This document shows positions 13,403 to 26,041 of a stretch of DNA of 64,000 nucleotides, one piece after another. Position 1 is the first letter of the stretch; each line of letters opens with the position of its first letter. Source of the stretch: Eledone cirrhosa (lineage: Eukaryota); contig OZ024741.1 of assembly GCA_964016885.1 (NCBI GenBank), forward strand, positions 313,782,001 through 313,846,000. Reading direction: 5' to 3'. A program made the translations under genes and the position numbers. The notes under the pieces were generated by a model that did no database searches, was not told the DNA's origin, and saw only the letters and a list, made by a program, of their open reading frames with translations.

Positions 13403-13900
13403 CTCTTTGAGTCTCAGTCATTGATGTTAGTTAACTGGAAAGTTTGTTGAAATGAATATTAAGCCACTACCTGCAGCCTCAGATATTCAGGACGTATCGG
13501 AGGGTTCTTGCTGTTCCCAGCAAGCATGCCTTTTGAAGCGTTCCAAAAAGCGTGAAGGGGCCAATTTTCTTTAACCATCCCTTGAAACCTTTTGAGATAG
13601 TCCCTAGTGCGCCTATGACAATCGGGATCACTTTGACTTCGTGGCATTTCCAGATCCTTTTTACCTCCCACTTTAAGTCCTGGTATCGGTTAATTTTCTC
13701 CCTCTCCTTCTATTGGACTCTCGTGTCGAATGGGCAGGCCACATCCACAATCAGGCACGATCTTTTTTCTTTGTCCAAAACCACCAGGTCAGGTCTATTG
13801 TGTTCGAGTTTCTTGTCCGTCTGTATCCTAAAATCCCACAGCACCTTCACCTCCTTCACCTGATCGTTTTCTATCACCGCCTCTGGATTATGCTCATACC
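13403..13900 (-). mobile_element. R4/Dong-like family A, short 3' fragment
   Basis: REL C-terminus and 3' UTR near-identical to the other A copies; (TAA)n flanks. Confidence 0.9.
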
Positions 13901-13901
13901 A

Positions 13902-13943
<42 letters not shown>

Positions 13944-13944
<1 letters not shown>

Positions 13945-15072
13945 CTTGAATCTCAGTCATTGATGTTGGTTAACTGGAAAGTCCGTTGGAATGAATATCA
14001 AGCCACTACCTGCAGCCTCAGATATTCAGGACGTATCGGAGGGTTCTTGCTGTTTCCAGCAAGCATGCCTTTTGAAGCGTTCCAAAAAGCGTGAAGGGGC
14101 CGATTTTCTTTAAACATCCCTGGAACCTTTTGGAGATAGTCCCCAGTGCGGATATGACAATCGGGATCACTTTAACTTCATGGCATTTCCAAATCCTTTT
14201 TACCTCCCACTTTAAGTCCTGGTATCGGTTAATTTTCTCCCTCTCCTTCTCTTGCACTCTCGTGTCGAATGGGCAGGCCACATCCACAATCAGACACGAT
14301 CTTTTTTCTTTGTCCAAAACTACCAGCTCAGGTCTATTGTGTTCCAGGTTCTTGTCCGCCTGTATCCTAAAATCCCATAGCACCTTAACCTGATCGTTCT
14401 CCATCACCGTCTCTGGCCTATGCTCATACCACTTCTCAGAATGTGGTAAATTGTTTACGTTGAACTGGTGCCAGTGGATCACCCTGCCCATCACATCATG
14501 TCTCCAGCCCTTATAGTGGGTCTGGGCTAGGTGTTTACACTCGGATACAATGTGAGCCACAGTCTCCTCTCTCTCTCCACAGATCCTGCACAGTGGGCTA
14601 GCCTCCTCCTTGTAAATATGGTGTTTCAACCACTTCGTTTTGAGGGCCGGCTCCTGCGCAGCCATTAACATTCCTTCTGTAGCCTTTTTGAGGTCTCCTC
14701 TTATCAACCAGTTCCATGTCTGTGGATCTCTAAATTCAGTTTTCTCAAAGAGGGTACTATGAAGGTATTTTCCTTAGTATATGGGCAGTTCCCATTAGTA
14801 CTATCTTTCTCCTATTTGTATTTCTCCTATACGCGGCCTTCCTGAGATTTACGATAAGTAATCATTTGACCCCTTAGGTATCATTCCTAGAGTGCCTACA
14901 ACCACTGGTATTGCTTTAGTTCTCAATTTCCAAATTTTTCCAATTTCGATCTTCAGGTGCTTATACTTGCTCAATTTTTCAAATGTTTTTATCGATACAT
15001 TCTTGCCTATTGGAACGGACATATCAATGAGCAGGAATACCTTCTTTTTAAAATCCTTCAGTATTATATCAG
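13944..15072 (-). mobile_element. Chimera: family A 3' part (13944-14773) fused to a family B fragment (14770-15072)
   Basis: ORF 14018-14707 is A type; sequence switches at TTCCT to B-type REL coding with no TAA tail or B 3' UTR. Confidence 0.85.
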
Positions 15073-15094
15073 TATTATTATTATTATTATTATT

Positions 15095-16583
15095 ACAATT
15101 GCATTTATCTTGCTTTATGTTCATACGAGTTATCACCAAGTCACAACCAGTGACCTCAAGAGACAACAAGGTCCGCCATGTTCAAGAAAGAACATACATA
15201 TTCACACATGCATCTTTAGTGTTTAGACTTGTGATGTACTTATATTGACAGAATCTTCCTTAGTATATGGGCAGTTCCCATTAATACTATCTTTTGTATT
15301 TCTCCTATACGCGGGTTTCCTGGGATTTGCGATATGTCATCATTAGACCCCTTAGGTATCATTCCCAGAGCGCCTACAACCACTGGTATTGTTTTAGTTC
15401 TCAATTTCCACATTTTTCCAATTTCTATCTCCAGGTCCTTATACTTGTTCAATTTTTCAAATGTTTGTATAGATACATTCTTGTCTATTGGAACAGACAT
15501 ATCAATTAGCAGGCATACCCTCTTTTGAAAGACTTTCAATATTATATCAGGTCTGTTTGCATCTATTTTTCGGTCTGTTTGGATGCTAAAGTTCCACAAG
15601 ATTGAGATGTGTTCTTTTTCAAGTATGGGAGGTGGTTGATGCTCCCACCAATTCTTTTGATGGGGCAGGTCAAAATGCTTACACATTATCCAATGTATGT
15701 ATTGTGCAGCTCTGTCATGCCTGTTTAGGTATTCGGTTGGAGCTATAGGACTGCACATTGAAATTATATGGTCAATGGTCTCTGGTTGTTTTTTGCATAC
15801 ACGGCATAATGGGCTGCACCCATTTTTTTATTATGTTCGCTTGGTAATTTTTTGTTGGCAGACACTGATCTTGTGCCGATATAATCAGTCCTTCAGTCTC
15901 CGATTTCAGTCCAGAGGAAGCCAACCACTGATGGGTTAAAGTTTTGTCAACATCAGGATTGTTAGCTCGCTCTGGGTATTTTCCATACAGAGGCTTTTCT
16001 TGCCATTTCTTAGCCAGTTTCTGTAGCAGTTCTTTCTTTGTAGTTACTTTTACCTGCTTTGCTTTTTCTGTGTTTTCCATTTCAGCAGTAAATGGGACTT
16101 CTGAAATTTGTAGTCCATTACTGTATCTCTGTGCATCTTTTGTAATGAAATATGATCTTTTGATGCTTTCGTGTTTCAAAACGAGTTTGATCATCCAATC
16201 ATGTGATTCACTTAGATATATAGATAATCCAATTGTTGCAGTTTTCAACGCAATGTCTAACTGGATTAACCCACGTCCTCCTTCTTTCCTAGGGAGATAT
16301 ATTCTATCTATATCTGCCTTTCGGGTGATGCATTCTGTGCATGGTTAAGAATTTTCGTATTTTTGTATCGAGCCTACGGATCTCTGTGCTTGACCAGTTG
16401 ATGACATTGTAACTGTAGGTTACTACTGGTATGGCAAGCGTGTTTATGGCATCGATCCTATTCCTTGCATTCAATTCCGTTCTTAAGATTGCTCTTACTC
16501 TGCGGTAACATTCCTTCCTTATCCTTTCCCTCAATGTCGAGTGCTTGATTCCGTCTCCTTCACAAACACCTAGATATGTGTAA

Positions 16584-16586
<3 letters not shown>
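15095..16586 (-). mobile_element. R4/Dong-like family B, 3' portion
   Basis: ORF 15240-15758 (LNRHD, RPDIIL, KLNKY); B 3' UTR as at 7324-7468. Confidence 0.9.
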
Positions 16587-16616
<30 letters not shown>

Positions 16617-16625
16617 GTTGTTATT

Positions 16626-19600
16626 CCTTGAATCTCAGTCATTGATGTTGGTTAACTGGAAAGTCCGTTGGAATGAATATCAAGCCACTACCTGCAGCCT
16701 CAGATATTCAGGACGTATCGGAGGGCTGTTGCTGTTCCAAGCAAGCATGCCTTTTGAAGCGTTCCAAAAAGCGTGAAGGGGCCGATTTTCTTTAACCATC
16801 CCTGGAAACTTTTGGAGATAGTCCCCAGTGCGCCTATGACGATCGGGATCACTTTGACTTCATGGCAGTTCCAAATCCTTTTCACCTCCCACTTTAGGTC
16901 CTGGTATCGGTTAATTTTCTCTCTCTCCTTCTCTTGCACTCTCGTGTTGAAAGGGCAGGCCACATCCACAATCAGACGCGATCTTTTTTCTTTGTCCATA
17001 ACCACCAGGTCAGGTCTATTGTGTTCCAGTGTTTTGTCCGTCTGTATCCTAAAATCCCACAGCACCTTCACCTGATTGTTCTTCATCACCGCCTCTGGCA
17101 TATGCACATACCATTTCTCAGAATGTGGTAAACTGTTTACTTTGCACAGGTGCCAGTGTATCACCCTGCCCATCACATCGTGTCTCCAGCCCTTATAGTG
17201 GGTCTGGTCTAGGTGTTTACACTCGGACACAATGTGAGCCACAGTCCTCTCTCTCTCCACAGATCCTGCACAGTGGGCTAGCCTCCTCCTTGTAAATATG
17301 GTGCTTCAACCACTTCGTTTTGAGGGCCTGCTCCTGCGCAGCCATTAGCATTCCTTCTGTAGCCTTTTTGAGGTCTCCTCTTCTCAACCAGTTCCATGTC
17401 TGTGGATCTCTAAATTGAGTTTTCTCAAAGAAGGTACTATGAAGTGATTTTCCCTTAAGGCTGCGCTTGCTCCTTGATGTTATTTCCTCCTTGGACATCC
17501 CCTGGCCTACTGTCCCCTCCTTCAGTACAGTTCTGAGCATTGGCTCCTTACTATAGGTCACGTATTTGTATAGGTCGTTTTTCTCCATCTGAACACAGTC
17601 CTCTATGCTGATAAGACCTCTTCCACCCTCAGATCTCCTTAGGTAGAGTCTATCGACATCACTCCTCTTGTGGAACATGTTGTAGATAGTCAATAGCTTC
17701 CTAGTCTTCCTATCCATTTCTTTTTGTTCAGCAACATTCCATCTCAGAATTCCCGCACTGTACCTAATAATAGACACAGCTCGGGAATTTACTGCGCTTA
17801 TGGCATTTCTGCTGTTCAGATGTGACTTCAATACGCTCCTTACTCTCTGAATGTATTCAGTTCTTAACAATTCCTTCATTTTTTTGTTCTTTATGCCATC
17901 AGCCTCCAGAACGCCCAAATACTTGTATCATTCCCCAGAGTCAATTTCCTTTATCATCTCACCTGTTGGTATCTGGATCCCGTTACTTCTGCTCAACCTA
18001 CCCCTCCGCATCACAATGACTCCACATTTACTAATACCAAACTGCATACATATATCACTGCTGAAAATACGGACAGTGTCAACAAGCACATCCAAATCCT
18101 TCTCACTTTTCCCGAAGAGCTTAAGATCGTCCATGAAGAGGAGGTGATTGGTGGTAACCTATCCCTTTCCCAACTTGTATCCTACTCTCACTTTTCGCAG
18201 CATAATGGTCAAGGGCATCAGGGCAAGGACTAACAACAGAGAGGACAGGCTATTTCCCTGGAAGATACCTCTCTTGATCTTCACGCTTCCCAAGGATACT
18301 CCAGTTGATGTCAACTCTGTCTCCCAGGACCCCATACTCCTGCCCAGCAACTGTCTGATGTTATCTGCCACCCTGAAGATCTCCAGGCTTTTGGTGATCC
18401 AAGAATGAGGCACCATGTCAAATGCCCTTCTGTAGTCTATCCATCCCATGGCAAGATCAGTGTGTCTCCTCCTGCAATTCCCCATTACCATCTTATCAAT
18501 AAGTAACTGGTCCTTTGTACCACGTGACTTCTTTCGGCATCCTTTCTGATCGTCCGGTAACAAGTTGTATGTGTGGAGGTGATGGTAGATTTCCTCAGAC
18601 ACAATGCTCGTCAACAGTTTCCACACTACGGAGAGACATGTGATCGGTCTATAGTTGGTAACATCATTACCCTTGATTCGGTCTTTCATTATCAGAACTG
18701 TGGTACCTTTTGTCAACCACTCTGGCACCTCACCCGACACCAAGCAGTCATTGAACATGGCCGTCAGCTTCGGGTGGAGGGATGACATTGTAACTGTAGG
18801 TTACTACTGGTATGGCAAGCGTGTTTATGGCATCGATCCTATTCCTTGCATTCAATTCCGTTCTTAAGATTGCTCTTACTCTGCGGTAACATTCCTTCCT
18901 TATCCTTTCCCTCAATGTCGAGTGCTTGTTTCCGTCTCCTTCACAAACACGTAGATATTTGTAAGTTTCCTCTTGATCAAGTTCTCTTATCACATTCCCC
19001 CGATCAAGATTAATGTCTGAACTCGTCAGCATTTTTCCTCTGCTGAACGTGGCTTTGGCGCATTTATCTAGTCCAAACTCCATTTTAATGTCATCACTGA
19101 ACTGCTCCACAGTGGATAATAGCCCTTGCAATTGTTCATCATTTTTTGCAAATAGTTTCAGGTCATCAATGTTGAACAAGTGATTAATGGTTTTGTCATA
19201 GACTTTATATGAATGATGTGTTTCATTGAGCATTTCACTTAATGGTATAAGTGCGATGTAGAATAAAAGCGGTGATAAAGAGTCACCCTGAAAAATTCCA
19301 AAATTAATATTAGCATCTTCAGCTTGCAGTGATTTTTTTTCCCTATTCAAAAGGAGTGTCGTCTTCCATGTCTTCATACTGAAGGACCGGAACCACCTGA
19401 CAACGGGAGATATTTTGAAAATCTCTAAACATTTTTCAAGCTAACCGTGAGGCAAACTATCAAATGTTTTTTTTATAATCTATTCATTTTTTATAATCTA
19501 TCAATTGATAGATGTTTGTGTCTATTATGACAATCTTCCAGTATCATTTTGTTAACGAAAAGCTTCTTTTACAGCCATATGAGCATCGTTTCCACCCTTT

Positions 19601-20931
19601 CTGCTCATTGGGAAATATATCATTTGTTTTGTTATCAGGTGGTCACATGTGTATTCAGTTAGGACTGATGTTAAAATGTTATACATTGTGGTCAAGCAAG
19701 TTATCGGTCTGTAATTTTGGGGATTGTTTGTCTCATCATTCTTTGGATATAGGAATGTAATGCCGTTAACTAGCCATGATGATATCTGTTCTGGCTCCTT
19801 AATTATTTCATTGTAAAGTTGGGCTTACAGCTCATGAGACTCTGAAGGCATTTATCCAAAAAATTGGAATTTTGTCTTTTCATGGGGATTTCCATTTGCT
19901 GGTTTTTCTTAGAGCGAATCGCAACTGTTCAACTGTTATATTTTCCCATGTTTGTTCCTCAAAGTGAGCTGTATATTTCATTTGTCTGTCTGTCAATGGG
20001 GCATGTATATTATGAACTTTTTCTTCGGCCCACATCTTTTCCCATAATTCTTGCACATTCTCCTTGGGTGGTATTGATTTAGCAGTTATTGTTGACTTGC
20101 CAATTTTTCTATAGAAGTATCTTTGGTTGTTTTTGAACATATTATTGTCCCTATAGAATCTAGATCGTTTTTCAAAGTGCCTTATACGAGCAGCTTTGAG
20201 CGACACTTTTTGCTTGATTATTTCTATCAGCATGTCTATGTCACTTGTTGATTTTATACTGTACTTTCTTTTCAATTTTCTAAGATTAGTTTGTTTAACA
20301 TGTTCACCTACTTTGTAGTTTGTTAGAATTTCTATGTCAGATCGGAGAAGGTTTATTTGGCGATTGATGTTTTCTTTCCAAGTAGATTTCTTGTGGGAAT
20401 TCCTTTGTTTTTTCATTTTTACTCCACATAAGTGATTGGTGACTTTAGCCGATGCATAATAGAGATGATTTAGATCAGTAATGTTTAGTTTGTTTGTGAT
20501 GATAATGCTTTTGAGAATTATGTGATTCTTGTGTATTATCTTTTGGTTCTCTTTGGAATTCTGGATCTTAGGGAGATTGTCTTGTTCCCCATGTCAGATT
20601 CTTTCATTTTCATCCATTCGATCATAATTTCATCCTTCAAGCTGGCAAGTTCATTCTCATTCATTTCTTTATCATTTATGATGTCATTGTTTTCATTTTG
20701 AGTTTCATCTTGAGCATGCCCTCACTCCACTTTTTCGATCCTTTCTTTGATTTATTCTGCTGTCAGTGATTCCACCCCTACCCTGGGATTCGAAGTGGTA
20801 CAATTTACCTCGTTTTCACTGACACATATTTCATTTTCCTCTCGCTGACTTTGTGCTAATAGCTTGATCTGATCAATTTCTATATCAGTAAATTTTTTTA
20901 AAATATTTTTTTTCTTATATTGGCTAGTTTG
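16626..20931 (-). mobile_element. Family A copy (16626-18781) fused directly to a family B internal segment (18781-20931)
   Basis: A-type REL and RT ORF pieces, then an abrupt switch to B-type RT and N-terminal coding. Confidence 0.88.
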
Positions 20932-23900
20932 TAGGAAACCAAATAATTCTTGGTTTCATAGTTAAGAATAAAGTAACTAAATTACAGAGGTAATTGAAAT
21001 TAAATATACGTTTTTTTTACTTCTGCGTTCACAGATTGATTATTTTAGTTTCAGAAGATCTCGTTAAGAGTGAAAGTAGCGATTTTTGCTTAAACTTTAA
21101 TCTGTTATTTTAATAAATATTTGCTCTACGGTTCTTATATATTTGATATCTACTTATCCTTATCGAGCCCTCTTTGGATTTTAGTCTTTAAATTTATTAC
21201 TATTACTATTTTGCTCCCTCGGTTGAGCATTCTATTGACTTATATTCATCATGCAGAAATATGATCTGAATATTTCTACAAAGAACATACCCGTACCAAA
21301 AGGAAAACATACATTAAACTCCTGATACAGAAAACAGACGCGTTCATTAAAAGGTGGCGTTGGCGTGCCTTTTATTTTGATACTCAGGGAAAAGCAGACA
21401 ACAAACAGGATAAATTTGGTTTAAAACATATAATAACTCTCCGAGTAACCCAGCATTGCTACCCTTTGGAAATGATGTCTTGGAACTCATATGGAGTATC
21501 AAATTTCGGAATAGGAGCAGTTCCTTCCTGCAGGACTTGAAGAATAGAATTCGTTCTATTAAGGATTCTAATGCCGTGCACCTCCATTCCAACAAAACCC
21601 GCAATCTATATCAAGTGGAGCGCAGTACTTACCATCAGCTGCTACATAATACTGTAAGTAAGGATTACCGTAAACCGAATCGGAGTGTCGTTAATGAAAT
21701 CAACGATGCCGGGTTTAAAATCACCTCTGATCTCAACATCCTGGAACGGGCTGAACCCCTGGACCCTATTTCTCCCCAATTTAGCCTGAAGGATCACAAA
21801 TCCAAATTCCCGAACAACCCCTGTTTTCGGCTTATTAAGCCTACGAATTCCGATTTAGGTAGACTTAGTATAAGGATTTTATATAGAATTATACCTGAAA
21901 TTAGGAGTTTGGCCCCTCTTGCACTGTGGAACAATTCTTTCGCGGTGATTGATTGGTTCAACGGTATATGCAACAAGGAACATTGCCGTTTTATCCAATT
22001 CGATATCAATAATTACTACTCCTCCATCACTTTACCACTCCCTCTTAGAGCTATCAATTTCACTAAAACACTCACAGTGGTTAAGGATTCGAGGTTGATG
22101 TTATACTCAATGCCCGTAAGTCGGTGATTAATTTCGACTACTCTATTTGGATTAAAACATCTTATAGTAGCCCATTCGACGTGACTATGGGCGCCAGCGA
22201 TTCTGCGGAGGTTATTGATATTATCGTCCTTTTTCTTTCTTTTCTCTATCAAGGAAGAATTCCCCAACGTGGGCGGTGGTTTGTACTGTGATGACGGTCT
22301 TTTGACAATGACAAAGTGCGGCCCAAGTGCTTGCAACAGAAAAGAACTCACAGCCTACTTTAAAGGATTCAACCTCTCCATACAGGTTGAGGCCAACCTC
22401 TCGGTCGTTAATCACCTCCTCGACGTTACCCTCAATTTGTCGAATGCCTTTCACTATCCGTATAGAAAGCCGAATGATACGCTTAATTACATAAGTAAGC
22501 ATTCTAATCATTCTGCCAGCATAACCAAGAACCTGGTAAGAAACGTTTCTTTGAGGCTTTCCCGTCTATCTACAAACGTGCATATTTTCAATGACCATTC
22601 CACATATTACAATGAATCTCTCGTTCGGTGTGGAATTGTCGATAAGGTAGCATATACAGAGTACCAGAATAGACCTAGGAAAAATAGATCCCGACGCTTT
22701 ATATGGTATAACCCAGCATATAATATGGAGGTGGACACACCACTAGCCAAGTCCTTTCTCTCCCTTATTATGAAGCATTTCCTTCCAGCGCATTAATATA
22801 GTAACATTTTTAATAGAAATACCGTTAAAATGTCTTACTATACGACTCCTAACATTGCACATAACATCACATCTTCAAATGTAGCTGAATTAGCTAGCCG
22901 CCGGAACACGTGCAACCCTGTAGCTAGTACTAACTGTAATTGTAGGAATCGGGTTGTATGCCCGCTATCCGGGAAATGTCTCTCTACTAACAGTGTTGAA
23001 ACAACCACGTCCCGTAGTGTCTACATAGGGTTAACCGCCAATAGATTCAAGCAGCGTCTTTACATGTATACCCATTTTTTCTTAACCCTTTAAGAAGATA
23101 TATTACGTCACTTTCAACTTATATCTGGAGTCTAAAAGACAACCACACCCAATATAATTTACACTGGGAGATCCTATCTTAGTCTATATCGTATAACGGA
23201 AATAAAAGACCATATGACCTCTGTACCGCTGAGGCCCTGGAAATACTCTACGCCACAGACCTCATCTTAAACAAAAAATCTGAGGCAATTTCGGCTTGTA
23301 AACATAAATTGCACAAAAGTTTTCTGTATTACAGCCCCACATTATACCCTAACAGATAGTATGAACTATACGCGGATATTTACGTCTTGATGTGGTAGCT
23401 AAGTATATGTTATGTTTATAATATTACTTATTTGTATAGGTAAGTATATATTACCTGTATGTTTTGTGAAGGTACGTATACTTTCTCGTACGTATATTTG
23501 CTTGTATAGGTTATGGCGTATATATTATATACTGCTACATGTACATACGGTTATGTGTATACGTGAGCTATGCGTCTGTGTGTGTATGCGGTTTCGTACG
23601 TATGTAGGGTGTGTGTATATGTGTACTTTATGTTTGGTTGACGTACATCTGTGTACATATGAGTATTTACATGTAGGTATGTGTGTGCGCGTTATATACG
23701 TATTTATATGTGTATATTTATATACGTTTATATAATTATATGTATACACGAACACACACGCACATATATATATTTTTATATATATTTTTTTTTGTTACCT
23801 CTTTAAGAAGGAATATGACGTCACTTTCAACTTATATCTGGACACTAAAAGACAACCACACCCAATATAAGTTACACTGGGTGATCATATATATATATAT

Positions 23901-24570
23901 TTTATGTGTATTTGGTGTATACGTTCGTATGTGCGCGGGTAAAGGCGTTGCGTGGGTTCTATATGTGCGTGTTTTTTTTAGTACGTGCTTGTATTTGCAT
24001 ACCCTTTGCGAGTGTTTTCGTGTATGCTTCTGTATGTACGTATATGGATGTGGGCATGTATATATTTAATTACAATTACCTCTGTAATTTATTTACTTTA
24101 ATCTTAAATCTGAAGCCGAGAATCATTCGGTTTCCTAAATAGAATTTTAGCCTACGACTTCAGTTATAGGATTTACGTGGTTTTGTCTTTGCGTGTAGTT
24201 GTTTCCCGCTCCACATAATGACGTATTATCTTCATGTTTTCCGTTCATTGCCAGAGAACGTCTCCACGAACCACTTAATAGAATATTAGTCTATGACTTC
24301 ATTTATACCATAAACGTGTTTTTTCTTAGCGTGTAATTGTTTTCACCCCTCCAATTAATGACCTATTATCTTCGTGTTTATCCGTTCTATGCCAGGGAAA
24401 GTTTCCACGAACCAAAGTATCGTCTTCCTCTCTTGATTCGGTTGCATCGCTGTTTTAAATATTTATTTCTGCGTTCACAGATTGATTTTTTTGTTTCAGA
24501 AGATCCCGTTAAGTGTGAAAGCAGCGATTCTTTCATTATTTGCTTAAACTTTAAGCTGTTATTTTAATAT
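20931..24570 (+). mobile_element. Penelope-like element, Naiad-like (RT plus GIY-YIG), decayed, with pseudo-LTRs
   Basis: ORF remnants 21251-23352: KDHK, IQFDI, GGLYCDD, WYNP, CNCRNRVVC, YIG, ACKH; direct repeat 21020-21115 / 24467-24569; inverted repeat 20931-21010 / 24060-24138. Confidence 0.9.
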
Positions 24571-24893
24571 ATATATATATATGACCAACGATAAATATGG
24601 TTCATTGATTACCCATATATATATAGTTTAAAATAGATTGAGATCACTCTACAGTGATGTTTCCCTATTTTCATATATATATATATATATATATATTTAT
24701 TTCTTCTATATTTTCTCATACTTACTCCCTTTTTATACTTATATCTCGCTCCACATCCTCTTCTTCACCATATTTAGTTTGTCATGTTATTATTTGTGGT
24801 ATATAAATATTGAGATTGGTGGTAATAAATAACTGCCAAGACTGGAATTGGACCATGAATTCAGTTGACGTATGCCATACATCAATTCAGGTA

Positions 24894-24956
24894 TTTTATC
24901 TGATGAGGACGTACTGAAAAATTAAGCACAATACGTCCGAAATATATATAATAAAA
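24894..24956 (+). ncRNA. Minimal type I hammerhead ribozyme motif
   Basis: TTTTAT-CTGATGA-GGACGTA..TACGTCC-GAAA-TATATA-TA-ATAAAA: complete core, 6-bp stem I, 7-bp stem II, palindromic stem III. Confidence 0.85.
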
Positions 24957-25163
24957 CATATATTTTGATTATGTGAACGTCTGCATTTATTAATAGTTTG
25001 AATAATATTATATATATATATATATATATAAAAAATATATATATATATACATATTATTAGATAATATAAGGAACTGTTTTCATTGTTTATTCATTATTTG
25101 TTTAATATTTTATATATATACATATATATATTATATATACACACACACATATATATATATATT

Positions 25164-25376
<213 letters not shown>

Positions 25377-25975
25377 ACATAAATACATTTATATATATAA
25401 CGTATATGCCGGTGTAATAGTTGATCCGCTGCATAGGTCAACCCATCAAATTCTGAGGTGTAATCCAGGTTTAGGCAAATATACGCCGGTTGAGACGACA
25501 CCCCAGGTATAAGGCTCTACCATATCCACAGCCGTAGATATGCTTCCCGTTGTTTATTTGCATAAAATATAAAACATGGAAAAAACAGTAAATAGTTATA
25601 AAATAAAAATGCATGTGAAGAAAGTACAATTTGCAAAATATATTTTTCAGTTAACAAAATGATTTAACTGATCTGTTTTATTAGTAAACAACATGCTCCC
25701 ACACCGTCACTTGATACGCGGTAATTTGAAAAAGCTAAATATTCCTTATCAGCATTACATGGCGATATATTTTTACTTCCGGCCTGTTCTATTTCGTGGG
25801 TAAATCACTGTAGTTTTCCGATATTTTAGATAATTCAGTGAATCAGTATACAATTAATATTATAACTATAATACTCATACTAATATTTTATATATATGTA
25901 TGTATATATGTATGTATATATGTATGTATGTATGTATGTACGTATGTAACAACGTATGTTTGTGTGTAAATATGC

Positions 25976-26041
<66 letters not shown>

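Noticed and set aside
6517-16700. Repeat-spacer pattern resembling a CRISPR array or a prokaryotic RT system
   Set aside because: The repeats are LINE 3' ends with TAA tails; there are no cas genes and the context is eukaryotic
2523-18867. Recurrent plus-strand ORFs such as MKGPIFFNHP
   Set aside because: Antisense shadows of the repeated REL domain
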